Positions 13,606 to 27,295 of a DNA stretch of 64,000 nucleotides are shown here, one piece after another. This stretch comes from Bugula neritina (taxonomy: Eukaryota; Animalia; Bryozoa), in assembly GCA_964035545.1 (NCBI GenBank), contig OZ037770.1:15800642-15864641 (forward strand), read 5' to 3'. A program made the translations under genes and the position numbers. The first letter of the stretch is position 1. The number at the start of each line of letters is the position of its first letter. Under the pieces are notes generated by a model that ran no database searches, had not been told where the DNA came from, and worked only from the letters and a program-made list of their open reading frames with translations.

Positions 13606-13928
13606 TGACTTGACTTAGCTGAGACTTAACTTAAACTTGACTCAACTGTGACTTGACTTAGCTGAGACATGATTTAACTGTTACTTGACTTAGCTGAGAC
13701 TTGACTTAACTGTTACTTGACTTAGCTGAGACTTGACTTAGCTGAGACTTGATTTAGCTGAGACTTGACTTAACTGTTACTTGACTTAGCTGAGACTCGA
13801 CTTAACTGTTACTTGACTTAGCTGAGACTTGACTTAACTGTGACTTGACTTAACTGTTACTTGACTTAGCTGAGACATGATTTAGCTGAGACTTGACTTA
13901 GCTGAGACTTGACTTAGCTGAGACTTGA
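13606..13928. repeat. 15-bp repeat downstream of the SURF1 stop
   Basis: GACTTGACTTAGCTGA / ACTTGACTTAACTGTT variants. Confidence 0.9.
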
Positions 13929-14488
13929 GTATGAAACTGAAAATCATGATGTTAGATGATAAGTTATTGAGCACGCTAACACTATGAGATATAAGCTTGT
14001 GCTGAATGCAAATAATAAGCACAAACAGTTGGAAATTAGTATCTAGTAGTTAACAGTAGCCAAAATCTGTCATGTGTTCTATTTTATCCCAGTTTTACTA
14101 ATTAGTGTGGTGAAGCAATAAAGTTGTGATTTGTTTATTATAAGATTTATTTGTTCAAACAACTCAACAAAGATAAAATAAACTGAATGAAAGCAAATAG
14201 TTTAACATGCATGATATATCTTATAGCTATGGTGAGTGACCGCTTCTCATTGGCTAACATCTGACCTAATTTACTTCCTTCTAACTTACAGCATATCACT
14301 TTTATGTTCTCAGTTTAATTTTAACAAGAATTGTAGTTCATTCTTGAGACCAGAGTTCCTATTGGCTGATAGCAAGGTGATGTTTGTTCCTATTGGCTGC
14401 TGGTATGGGCCCGACATCGCACTGGTACTGCATATCAGCTGTATTGTCTAATCATGATATGACGCTAGATTTGATTGGCTAGATAGAG

Positions 14489-17400
14489 TTATTTTTTGTT
14501 CGGATTGGCTATAGAAGAACTCAGAAAATTTCTGATATGTCCCAATGTGATGATCAGATTATGAATGCCAGTTACTATTTTCCTCTTCAAACACCCCATA
14601 TCTGTCCGCTCACATTCATACGAATCTAAAACATACGTTTCTCAATACATCTACTGGAAAATTAAACGTCTCGCCATAAAAAATGTTGTGTGCAGTTAGT
14701 AAATATACTATTCATGTAGCCTACCATCAACCATTGCAGAGGATTCACTTAGGGTAGTGATTTCGGTTACTAGCTCTTGCTCTGTCATGGTTGTGCTGCT
14801 GTGAGATGCCTTATCAACACTGCCCTGGTCTCTCACATCTGCTGGAGCTGAATCTATGTAGCCACCCGGTGAGGGTGGGTTGAGAGACTTCCCCCCTTCC
14901 TTTGTGGTAGGGGGGAGAGGCTGACCCTTGCTGGGGTCTGTTAAGCTGTCTGTTTTATTTGAAATGGAGGGCTGAGTGGAGGCAGGTGGTGGAGGTTGAG
15001 TGGAGGGAAGGGGTTGGTCTGAGAGAGGGTTCTGATAGAATGGAGGTATGCTAGCGATAAGTAGAGCCACTGAGGTTGAGAAGGAAGGAGGTGAAGAGGA
15101 AGGTGTTGAGGGCCAGGGAGTAGAGGACGTGCTGGAGGTTGAAGAGGTTGGAGAGTATGTAGAGGAGGACCATGGCTCCGTACTGGAGACGGAAGTATCA
15201 TTTCCTGTGTACTCTAAGGTGGTTGTGGAAGTGGAGGAAGTGGAACTGGTGGTTGAGGTAGAAGAGTTGTATGGTGTGAATGTTGTGAAAGAACTGTTAC
15301 CGGCTGATGTGGAACTGAATGTAGTAGTAGAAGTAGAAGATGTAGAAGAGGAACTGCTAGAAGAACTTGTAGACTCTGTTGCCTCATCAGTTTCAGCGTT
15401 TATTGCGGGAGGGGTGCTCATAGTTGGTGTCGGCAAGTCTATAGAACTTGCGTTGGATGCAGCCATATCTCCACCTATGAAAGTCCACATCAGACTATAG
15501 TTGAACAGCAATTTAGTAGTCGGGCTTCTCTACTACGTTATGTGACAAGAATGAAATCAGTAACCGACAAGATTTGAGTACAGTACATAACATTCTCAAC
15601 ATGAACAAGTTAACCTAGTTACCTGCTACCACCCTGTTCACTCCCTCTGGTGGTAGTATTTCTGTTCTCACTCCCTCTGGTGGTGGTATTTCTGTTCTCA
15701 CTTCCTCTGGTGGTGGTATTTCTGTTCTCACTTCCTCTGGTGGTGGTATCTCTGTTCTCACCCACTCAGGTGGTGGTATTGCTGCGGATGCCGGAAGCTG
15801 GTGAGCAACAAACAGCTGTGGTATGCTGACCCAGTATGTTAGTCCATCGCTCACCACAGACCCCCTGAGTTCAATAACAAAATATTTACAAACATAATCT
15901 ATGAATGTTTGAAACAGATTGTCAGTGAGGTAATTAACTTTGGGGCATTTCTTTATAGTACTATTTTATAGCATTAATTAGAGTGAAACATATGTGAAAC
16001 ACAGACTTGAATGTGACAGTTCCAGTGAAAGTGTGTAGGGGGGCCACCCAGTATGTCTCCACCACTGTGCTGTCTGTATCCCAGTCAGCAGTGTGAGTCA
16101 AAACCTGCAACATAATACGCTCTATAGTTTATATGTTATACTACGTGTTATACTACATGTTATACTACGTGTTATACTACATGTTATACTACATGTTACA
16201 CTACATGTTATACTACATGTTATACTACACGTTATACTACATGTTATACTACATGTTATACTACGCATGTACAGTATGTTTAATATACACTTTATGCATG
16301 TAATGGTGATGCTAAGGGTTGCTAACTCATGAAGAAGTAAATTGCATTATGTGGCGAGGAAGTGCAAATTCTCCCTAACATAGACTGAGCACCTAGCAAC
16401 GTGCAAGCTAATGGACACGAGTGACGGATCTATATCAAGTTTGAAGAGTATTGAAGAAGACAGAGTATGTACTAAACTAGAACTAAGCCTTTAAGCAGCG
16501 AGAAGATTATCTCCCAGATTAACATAACTCTTGTTATTATGGCAGAAAAGTTATCAAGTCACGAGTCAGTGAGCTGATTGCGCAGGTGGTTGTTTACATG
16601 GGCACCGCCCATACTGTCTCGTAGCCCATACTGTCTCGTAGCCCATACTGTCTCCTAGTGCTCTGTACACTCTATATGATGTACTCTATTGTATGCTATT
16701 ATATATAGTGTACCACATAATGTACCATATTCTGTATAATATACTGTATTATATGCTATATTATATACTGTATTATATACTGTATTATATATTATATTAT
16801 ATACTATATTATATACTGTATTATATACTATATTATATACTGTATTATATACTGTATTATATACTATATCATATACTATATTATATAGTATATTATATTC
16901 TGTATTATATACTATATCATAAACTATATTATATTCTGTATTATATGCGGTATTATATATTGTATTCTCACCGTAGTGTCGCAGATAAGCTGTGTATTTT
17001 GTATCTTTCCTTCAGTACCGTCAGCAGACTTAAAATGGCCGACAATAATTTCCTGTCCATCAGTGTCATTGGCAACTGCCCCGAGAATGAAACCAGATAT
17101 TGGCTGACTTCCTTTCAACTCCACTGTAACATGTAGTATACATTGTTTATCATGTAGTATACATTGTATAGCATGTAGTATAACACATTGTATAGCATGT
17201 AGTATAACACATTGTATAGCATGTAGTATACATTGTATAGCATGTAGTATAAATTGTATAGCATGTAGTATACATTGTATAGCATGTAGTATAACACATT
17301 GTATAGCATGTAGTATAACACATTGTATAGCATGTAGTATAACACATTGTATAGCATGTAGTATACATTGTATAGCATGTAGTATACATTGTATAGCATG

Positions 17401-17916
17401 TAGTATACATTGTATAGCATGTAGTATAACACATTGTATAGCATGTAGTATAACACATTGTATAGCATGTAGTATAACACATTGTATAGCATGTAGTATA
17501 CATTGTATAGCATGTAGTATACATTGTATAGCATGTAGTATACATGGTATAGCATGTAGTATACATTGTATAGCATGTAGTATACATTGTATAACATGTA
17601 GTGTAAATTGTATATCATGTAGTATACATTGTATATCATGTAGTATATATTGTGTATCATGTAGTACACCTTGTATAACACGTAGGACACATTGTGTATC
17701 ATGTAGTATAAACATTGTATAATAGTGACACATTTGCTGCTTACCTTTCACATGTTCTCCCCCTTCTACATGAGTACCTTCTATATCCACCACTAGTTGG
17801 AAAGGGTTTGTATCCGCCACTGAGACATCACTCCTGCTGTCTAGGAAGCTGGTACAGACACCAGTATCCCCTGACACCTGGCCAACGAGGAAGACTAACA
17901 ATGCTGACCAAATCAT
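14489..17916 (-). CDS. Secreted Reeler-domain protein with Ser/Thr/Pro-rich mucin-like tail (~6 exons)
   Basis: Signal peptide (IWSALLVFLVGQVSG); Reeler-like motifs PFQLVV..VELKGSQPISGFILGA..VGHF..C..VLTHT..TYWVAP..GTVTFKGSVVSDGLTYW over exons ~17745-17916, 16971-17125, 16008-16104, 15621-15865; then an S/T-rich exon ~14724-15474 and a last exon ~14489-14625. The true start codon may lie in an upstream exon. Confidence 0.75.
17126..17725. repeat. 21/24-bp intronic minisatellite merging into an acceptor
   Basis: CATTGTATAGCATGTAGTATA(ACA) array. Confidence 0.95.
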
Positions 17917-18730
17917 CTCCGACTGTGTATTGCAGGACTGGAGTATAAATAAGGTCTTGTATTTAAATATTAATATAACTAATAAAATATATCTACACAG
18001 TAAGAAGTCCTTTCTGCAACTGTGGGGCCTGAGGGGGTACTTAGCTTTTTATAAGATATAAAGATGTGATTCACAGATTAAATTCTCCTCCGTCATAGCT
18101 TTAATCTACACAGATTTGGTAATCATTATGATTTATAATCCAGTCAGCTTAAACATCTTCCATAATGAAGACAGATGAAAGGCTATAAAAAGGCGATAAA
18201 GAATAAAAAATGCTATTTATTACTCATAGCCTAATAGAGATTAAACTAATAAAATAATAATCAGTATTAGCTATGAGTAATGCCTGTATGAACTGCTCCA
18301 CCATCAGTAGCCCAGCCAAGCTGGTCATTTCCAAATCTTCTATCCAAAGGAAAGTTTTTGCATCTTTATTCTTAATGGAATTTATTAGAGAATGTGAATA
18401 ATAAATATGATTGATGGTTATTATATTATATTATATTATTAGTCTATAATATAATATAATATTTATTATTCACTGTTATTAAATACTGTCTGTTAGTTGG
18501 GATGAAATACAATACAATGTTCAAAGCTGTGAAAGTTGACCTATTCCTAAGCAGCTAGTAGTCTGTGTAGAGACCAGTTCTGTAGAAGTTCTGTAGACAA
18601 CTAGTATATAGAGAGCTGGTGTCTCTCCAACATGGCGGATGTCTGTCAACCACAGAGGAGGAAATGAGTCACCATTTCCTCCTCTGTGGTTGAAAGTTTG
18701 CGAATTATAGAATAGAGACTATCTATACGT

Positions 18731-19005
18731 TACCTAACAGTAATATAGATGTACCTAACAGTAATATAGATGTACCTAACAGTAATATAGATGTACCTAA
18801 CAGTAATATAGAAGTACCTAACAGTAATATAGAAGTACCTAACAGTAATATAGATGTACCTAACAGTAATATAGATGTACCTAACAGTAATATAGAAGTA
18901 CCTAACAGTAATATAGAAGTACCTAGCAGTAATATAGATGTACCTAGCAGTAATATAGATGTACCTAACAGAAATATAGATGAACCTAACAGTAATATAG
19001 ATGAA
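18731..19005. repeat. 21-bp minisatellite downstream of LYAR
   Basis: GTACCTAACAGTAATATAGAT array. Confidence 0.95.
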
Positions 19006-19261
19006 CGTATCCAAGACAGGGTATATACCCACAGATTGATTGGAGTCCTGGTGCACCGTTTCCATAACAACCTGATATACTTTACAAAACTTTGAGTAAA
19101 AGCTAGTTCATAGTGAAATGAAGAGTTTATTATATACATCAATACATTTCATATTCTATCTTAAGAATGTTTGAATTCACAAGCCTTTCTGTCAATGCTA
19201 TATCCTTTAGCTAAACCATGACTTTAGACATCCAAGTAATACTCAGTCAATGTCAAGTCCT

Positions 19262-21817
19262 TCATTCATCCACGAGAGATACTCTGTCATTGGTAACTTG
19301 AACTGTAGGTAGAGAGTTCAACTTTTTATCTAACTTTTTCCAAACTCGTTCCTCTGCCTTCATGAACCTGCCACACGACACGTACTCAGCCACCACCTTC
19401 TTGCGCAACTTCTTCAGAGTTATCTCTCCTTTACTCAAGATTCCCAGTATAACGGCTTCCCACTGAAAGTCACTGCTCTTCTTATCCTCCACCTGAAACA
19501 ACGACCTCTAACTCAACACAAATAGAAGGGAAGATAACTCACACACTCAACACTCGCTTACTCCTACAGATTATACTAGCCACAAAGAGATATGTATACA
19601 TTAACTAGCCACAAAGAGCAATTAAAGTGCAGAGGGGGAACATAAAGGGTGATTAACAAGTTGCCAGTGAGTTCACTAGGAAATAGTGCCCTGCCCTTAC
19701 CCATGTCTCAGCATACTTCAGGTAGAAATGTCAAGATAACTCAGTGAGATCTTCTAAGTTAAGCGGAAAGACATTACGTACTTTGATAATAAATGTAATC
19801 CAAGATAATTTATACAGGGCTTAGCAGTGATTAGCATGGAGAGACAGACAGACAGACCACTTTCCACTCTAACCTCTCCACTTGCACTGAAGGAAGTCTG
19901 ATGATTAGACACACTGACCTCTAGAGTACTATTCAGACGCTCGACGTTCTCTTCTTGTGGATTAGGTTTTGTTTCTCTCTTCTGTCTTTTCTTCTCTTTT
20001 ATTGCCTCAACTTCCTGTTCCTGCAACTCCGCCTCTCCATCTGCTCCGGGAGCACCCCTCTTCTTTTTCTTCTTCGTCTTGTCAGCGATTGGTGCAGACT
20101 CGCTGTCAATAGGGGGCGTGTTCTCTGTGCTGCTTTCAGAAGCCTTCAAGTCTGCTTTCACTTTCTCCAGCAGAGTCCATATTGCTTCAAATAGACTGTC
20201 ACTCTGCCTGTACCTGCACATTGAGAGGACAACTTCTATTCTATAGCCTGTCACGTTAAGAGGACAACTTCTATTCTATAGCCTGTCACACTGAGAGGAC
20301 AACTTCTATTCTATAGCCTGTCACGTTAAGAGGACAACTTCTATTCTATAACCTGTCATATTGAGGGGACAACTTCTATTCTATAGCCTGTATACATAGA
20401 CAAGACAACTCCTGGTCTACCAGTACATAACAGAACAATTCCAATATTATATATATCTTGTACAGCCACACTGCAATATTTAGCAGAAATGATAAAAAAA
20501 TTTTGTTTTATAGCTATATTAACCAAATATAATACTATTAGTATATATAAGATAATATACTAATAGTATAGATGAGGTAGTATAATACTATTAGTATATA
20601 TAGTATAATATACTAATAGTATAGATGAGGTAGTATAATATTATTAGTATATATAAGATAATATACTAATAGTATAGATGAGGTAGTATAGTACTACTAG
20701 TATATATAATATAATACATTATACATAAGAGAGTATAAAGTATAACACACCTAGGAAATGTACTCTTTAAATAGTTGATAAGTTTAGGTTTCTTCTGCGG
20801 TAAGTTACTGGCTGTTTTGATATACTCGAGCATCTCTGTCAGCTTTGGGTCATGTGACTGAGAGATGGCTGAGTCTACTGCTTCCTGAACCTGGTAGAAT
20901 AGTGGTAAGATGTTAGCAGTAATATCTAATGTATAGTCAACACTGGGCACGTGCAGCAAGGGGAGCCAACAGCAACACTCACCTTGTCTACCCACTGCTG
21001 CTGCTTCTTCTGTCCCTTATTGGCTCCTGGATTTTCTATGTAATTCTTACCTCCATATTTGGCTGCTTCACTGATGCAGTTAACATGGACTGCGTAATCT
21101 TCACCTAAAAGAATTATAATTACAAATTACGATTGCTGCAAGTAAGAATTACCAGAAGAGTATTTAGAGTTATTTAGATGCTCCATTTTACAGAACAAGT
21201 CACGTATATCAAGTCAGAAAAACTTTGAATGATTGAATTATTATTCCTAATAGTAATCAGCCAGTACTCTTACAATTCATGCCTAATACTAATAGAATAA
21301 TATACTCACATTCAACACTTTTGAACTAATACTCAGAGAAATATTATAGAACTGTGGCAGTACTGAATGATAATAATATTCATATTGGTTACCAATGTAA
21401 TTACAAATACATGCCATAGCCAACAGTAGAACTACTCTACTACTACTAGTAGTGATATTAAGTCTAATGCCATGATTAGAGTTACTATTACTATTACTCA
21501 CTATTACAGTATTAGTATTTCTTAAATCTAATACCAAGTCTAATAGTAATAGTAATACGAATACTCAAATAGTACTAGTGTCAGTAATCACTGTTAGTGT
21601 TTGCTTCAAATACCAGCTTTATATTTGATGCACTAATAATCGATAGCCAATACATAATTCCTACAATCATGAGTATATTCTTCATCTTACCATAAAAATC
21701 AACGCTACAATCGACACAGGAAACATATGCAGCATTTCTACATCTTCCAACAAAATGCGCATCTACTTTATTCTTTTTGAGTACTTGATTACAATCACTA
21801 CACGTGAAAGATACCAT
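19262..21817 (-). CDS. LYAR: Cell growth-regulating nucleolar protein LYAR (5 exons)
   Basis: MVSFTCSDCNQVLKKNKVDAH..C..VSCVDCSVDFYGEDYAVHVNCISEAAKYGG (LYAR C2HC fingers); KGQKKQQQW; NLPQKKPKLINY; Lys-rich region; C-terminal FQWEAVILGIL..ITLKKLRKKVVAEY. Confidence 0.93.
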
Positions 21818-22840
21818 GTCCACGTTCAAATTAGGTGACACCTGATCAAGAAAATAATAAATTAAATAAAAAATGAAGGTAGGGTTTTATATAATTATAT
21901 CAATATGAATATGAATATAGCTAGCAAAAAGAAAAACTTGACAGTCGCATGCTCATGTGTTGGATTTTTTAATCTTAACTAAACGCGAGTTAAAGTTGAC
22001 TCGCTACTTCGCAATTCCATTTATTACACCCTTCAATTCGCTGAAATAGCGAACGATCATTCGATTCATTAGGTTCTTACTCGTTACATCAACAAGCTCT
22101 AAGGCTATTTGTTTCTCCGTCTGCAAGGCGTACTTGCAACTTACAGCCACATTCGGCAGTGGCTTTACCAACCAGCAGTGTTTGTCGCTTGAAAGTAAAT
22201 AAAGAGATAACCAAAAATTAAAAATTTATCAACCTAGACCTATATTATAATGTTCCATTAGCTATATGCACGATACTCATAGTATAAGTATTCGTTGTAA
22301 TGACAGTGAAACTAAAACTAATAGTCAAAGTGAATGTCAAACTCACAGTGAAAGTAAATACTAAGTTACTCAAAGTATCAGCATTAGTATCAGTATGTAT
22401 TATTTATAATTTGATTTAGTTTATCATTAGCTGTAATTTTCTAGCAATAGTAAGTCTAGTATTATACTGAGAGTGGGTACAGCAGTTAAACTCAAGTTAA
22501 ACTTATCATAATGATAATATTATTAATAATTGTGATCTAAATCGTTATCGGTTTTCATTGTGATAGTCACAATCAATATGAACATCATTATAATTATTCG
22601 ATTATATTTTGTGGTTACCCAAACAAGTAAAGATTAAGTTGTGATGCTTTTATTTTCATTCTGTTTCTTGTCGACAAAACATTTACTATTACTATTACTA
22701 TTAGTTTTTAATTTTATATTAAAGTTAGTATTTGATTATTTCATTATTTGACTTATAGTTATACTGATTTGCGTACTCATCGCTATTATTAACTTGTTTT
22801 CTTAAACAGATACTATACGGTAATATGGTTTGTAGAGTGA
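21818..22840. promoter_or_regulatory. Putative bidirectional promoter LYAR/POLL
   Basis: Divergent genes ~1 kb apart with a CpG-containing island-like patch at ~21940-22200. Confidence 0.45.
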
Positions 22841-25800
22841 ATGGCATTTTTCAGTGACCTCAACTGCTTTATTGTACCAAATTTGTTGGGGAAATCTAAA
22901 GCTGAACTCTTTGTAAAGAGGCTGAAAGAATTTGGAGGTTCTGGTGAAATATTTGGAAAGAAAGTTGAATTAAGTAACTTATCCAGATTTACACACATCA
23001 TAGTTGACAGCTCTGTTAGCTATTCACTCCTTCATAAAATACTTGGTTAGTTATATAAAAGGGATGATAGTTTAGAAGGTACTAGTAGAGATGTTAGAAT
23101 ATGTATAATACTATATACAGGTGATAGTTTAGAATGTACTAGTAGAGATGTTAGAATATGTATAATACTATATACAGGTGATAGTTTAGAAGGTACTAGT
23201 AGAGATGTTAGAATATGTATAATACTATATACAGGTGATAGTTTAGAATGTACTAGTGGAGATGTTAGAATATGTATAATACTATATACAGGTGATAGTT
23301 TAGAAGGTACTAGTAGAGATGTTAGAATATGTATAATACTATATACAGGTGATAGTTTAGAATGTACTAGTGGAGATGTTAGAATATGTATAATACTATA
23401 TACAGGTGATAGTTTAGAATGTACTAGTGGAGATGTTAGAATATGTATAATACTATATACAGGTGATAGTTTAGAATGTACTAGTGGAGATGTTAGAATA
23501 GTCACATCCAAATGGCTCACTCTCTGCTTGGAGAGAAAGTCTCTGGAAGATTCCACACCATTTCAGATTGACAGACCTGCAGAAAATTCTCCTGATGAGT
23601 TACTTTCATATCCAAACAACCTTCAACAATCAAAGGTTAAAGTTCATTATATTTCTTTGTGAGTCTTTAGTGTCTGTTTTAATATATTATATGCTAGATA
23701 ATATTATATGTATTTGTATTGTATGCTGTATTTTGTATTCTGTGTAGTATTATAGTTAATTGTATTGTAGAAGGCACAGCTTTCTGAAACTAAAGATGAT
23801 ATAGAAGTGGGGCCGTCAAATAAATATCCTAAAATAAACAACTCAACCGAAGACTCTCAAACTAAACCTGAGGATAGATTGCCCCCAAGACCTGTTTCTT
23901 TTAATGTAAGTTTATACTTTTAGATTTGCTGCCTTTCTACAATACTACACTGAAGCAAAATATGACGTAATTAATGTCAATACATGAGCAGACAATACTG
24001 TTCATTATTTACTAAATTTAGATATATTCTGTTGTAGACAGCAAGATTTATATGCATGAAGTCGAGCAAAGATGTGACTAAAGTTGACTCAGGTGTAAAC
24101 GAGTTTAATGCAAAAATAATAGCCAAGTTACAGGTAACTTCATTAGTATTGAGGGACTAATTGCTACTGCTGCAAGTCAATAACTGAGTTACTATTACTA
24201 ACAGATGACCGAGGTACTAACAGATTACTGAGTTACTATTACTAACAGTTCACTGAATTACTAACAGTTGACTGAGTTACTAACAGATGACTGAGTTACT
24301 AACAGTTGACTAAACAGCTCTATACTTGTAACCAGGAGATGGCAGATGCCTACAAAAGTACAAAGGATAAATGGAGAGCGTTCAGCTACGAGAAAGCCAT
24401 TATAGCTCTGAAGAGCTCCTCCCAGCCGATAGATAGCTACGAGAAAGCCCAGAACCTTCCCAACGTTGGCAAGAGTTTAGCCGAGAAGATCGGAGAAATA
24501 GCATCTAGTGGTGACCTTGAAAAACTGAAAGTCCTTCAGTCTAGTGAGACTCTACACTCTGTGCAGCTATTCATGAGAATTTGGGGCGTGGGGGCGGAGA
24601 CAGCTAATTTGTGGGCCAATCAGGTGAGAGGGGTTTGTATATCTAGTGGCATGGAGTAGTGAAGCGTGTTGGCTGTAGTTGGCCAAAGTTCAGTTTCACC
24701 TGATGTTATATATCTTCTAGGATACAGGTATGGTATCAGGTATAGTACCTGGTATAGTACCTGGTGTAGTATCTGGTATAATATATAGTATAGTATATAG
24801 TATAGTATATAGTATAGTATATAGTATAGTATCTGGTATAGTATATAGTATAGTATATAGTATAGTACCTGGTATAGTATATAGTATAGTATATAGTATA
24901 GTATATAGTATAGTATCTGGTATAGTATATAGTATAGTATATAGTATAGTATATAGTATAGTATCTGGTATAGTATCTGGTATAGTATCTGGTATAGTAT
25001 CTGGTATAGTATAGTGTGGAGTTTATATACACCGGCTTTCCATGTACCGATCTCAGATCGATCTCAGTGAGATCGATCCATGGAAAGACGCCAAAGATCG
25101 ATCTCCGTCGATCTGAGCTGGTCGGTCTGTGGAGCTCGAACTCAGATCGATCTCGTGTCAATAAGACCATGGAAAGAAGCCGGATCGATCTGAGAAGTAG
25201 AAAAAGACTGCGCGATACAATGTTGTCTGCTAATAAAAATGATAACTTATTGATAATTACTAAGCAAAGTATTAAATAATTATGATAGCCACCTTTTTAG
25301 ATGCCAAAACTTTGACTTTCAGTACAATGATTAAGAAAACTCAATTATATGCAGTAGAAGATAAAAAAATGGGAGAATTTAAATTGAGTTTAAATGACTA
25401 TTGAAACTTAGTTTCATTAGCTATTTTCTTTGTAATTTTAAGCCTAACAGTCCTGTAAGTTTATTAATAATCTGCAAGACAGCCATTAATTTTATATAAG
25501 CTGTCAAGCTAAAAAATTAAAATTAATTATTTTGAATTGGCCAAATTACCATACAGTGAAAGCTTTGCTGCGTAAAGTTTATAGCTGGAATTAAATTTTA
25601 GACTACGACCATCTTGTTTTCAACAGTAGTAGCTTTAATCACTCAAATAGGTGAACAAATTATACTTTTAAAGTATCCTTCACTTAAGAGGAGGCAACTT
25701 CGCTAGATCGATCTGACACTCTCATGGAAAAACGATCGATCTGAGATCGGTACATGAAAAGCCCGTGATGGAAAGCCCGTGATAATATGGGGTTCTATTA

Positions 25801-27295
25801 ACAGGGTCATAGGTCACTGGGTGATGTCAGAGAGAAAGTGGCTCTAACAACCAATCAGAAAATAGGACTGAAATATTTTGACGAGTTTGATGAGCGAATG
25901 TCTCGAGATGAAGTGGCTGAAATTGAGAGCGTTGTAAGTTTTCCATTTTTAGTTATGATCTTCCACACCGAGGGAGTTATCCTTCCTATTCTTAGTAGCA
26001 ATCTAATGCGTGTTACTTCTGTAGTGTTTAGTAGTAGAGTATATGCGCAGGTAGAAGTGGCGGTGAAGAGTATAGACCCTAGACTAGAGCTGGTTACCTG
26101 CGGTAGTTACAGGAGAGGTAAGGCTACGTGTGGGGATGTAGACATCTTGATTACTCATGCAGACGGCAGCGGCCATGTTGGAGTGTTTAACAGACTTCTG
26201 AGCGCACTTCGCGAGCAGAGTACGTGTTTCACTCTACTCTATACTCTGTATACTCTATACTCTACTCTATACTACTGTATACTATATACTATACTATATA
26301 CTCTGTACTATACTATATACTATACTCTATACTCTATACTATACTATATACTCTGTACTATACTATATACTATACTATATACTACCTTATACTATATACT
26401 ATACTATATACTATACTCTATACTATACTATATACTACACTATATACGTGTTACACTCTACTCTAGTCTACATTAATCATACAGAGTTCTTGACTGAGGA
26501 CCTAACCATATTTCCCAACATGAAGGGTGGCATGGCCAAGTACCTCGGTGTATGCAAGCTGCCTGGACCCCAGTCTAAACACAGAAGAATAGATATAATA
26601 GTAACTCCGTACAGTCAGGTAACTCTATGTTGAGTTCATAGCTCGTAGCCTCAGTTCTATAGAATGTCACATGTGTGTGTAGAGGGTGGGGTATCAGCCA
26701 CCCGTCTGTGAGTCATATGTATGTCCTTGTCTGTAGTATGGGTGCTGCCTGGTCTACTTCACTGGCTCCGCCCACTTCAACAGATCTATGAGGCTATTGG
26801 CTGACAAGATGGGCATGTCTTTAACAGAGCACGCCCTCTATAAGGATGTCATTAGAGGTCCTGTAAGTCCCTCGTGTTGTTATACTTCTTTGTATTACTG
26901 TATTATATTACTGTATTATATTACTGTATTATATTACTGTATTATATTACTGTATTGTATTACTGCATTATATTACTGTGTCATATTACTGTATTATATT
27001 ACTGTGTTATATTACTGTGTTATATTACTGTGTTATATTACTGTGTTATATTACTGTGTTATATTACTGTATTATATTACTGTATTATATCGCTGTGTTA
27101 TATTACTGTATTATATTACTGTATTATCGTTTATATTACTGTATTATCGTATATATTACTGTATTATCGTACTGTAACATGTAGAACAAGGAGATTATAC
27201 ACCACGGAGTACAAGTCTATACTCCAACTGAAGAGTCTGTATTCCAACATCTGGGAGTTCCGTACAGGAAACCGGAGGAGAGAGACCACGAGTAG
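22841..27295 (+). CDS. POLL: DNA polymerase lambda (X family), ~10 exons
   Basis: N-terminal BRCT ([19 protein letters not shown]); lyase domain [29 protein letters not shown]; [12 protein letters not shown]; [19 protein letters not shown]; [19 protein letters not shown]; HRRIDII; [13 protein letters not shown]; [11 protein letters not shown]. Confidence 0.95.
23063..23500 (+). repeat. 57-bp acceptor-spanning minisatellite in POLL
   Basis: CAG|GTGATAGTTTAGAATGTACTAGTGGAGATGTTAGAATATGTATAATACTATATA, ~7.7 copies. Confidence 0.95.
25030..25781. mobile_element. Non-autonomous TIR element (MITE) in POLL intron
   Basis: Left end CACCGGCTTTCCATGTACCGATCTCAGATCGAT is the reverse complement of the right end ATCGATCTGAGATCGGTACATGAAAAGCCCGTG (2 mismatches). 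The last 14 nt of the right TIR are duplicated. Subterminal GATCGATCT motifs; no transposase. Confidence 0.8.

Noticed and set aside
15048-15500. Glu/Val-rich + strand ORF
   Set aside because: Antisense shadow of the Ser/Thr-rich exon of the Reeler gene.
25016-25279. 87-aa ORF inside the MITE
   Set aside because: No transposase motifs; it derives from GATC-rich subterminal repeats.
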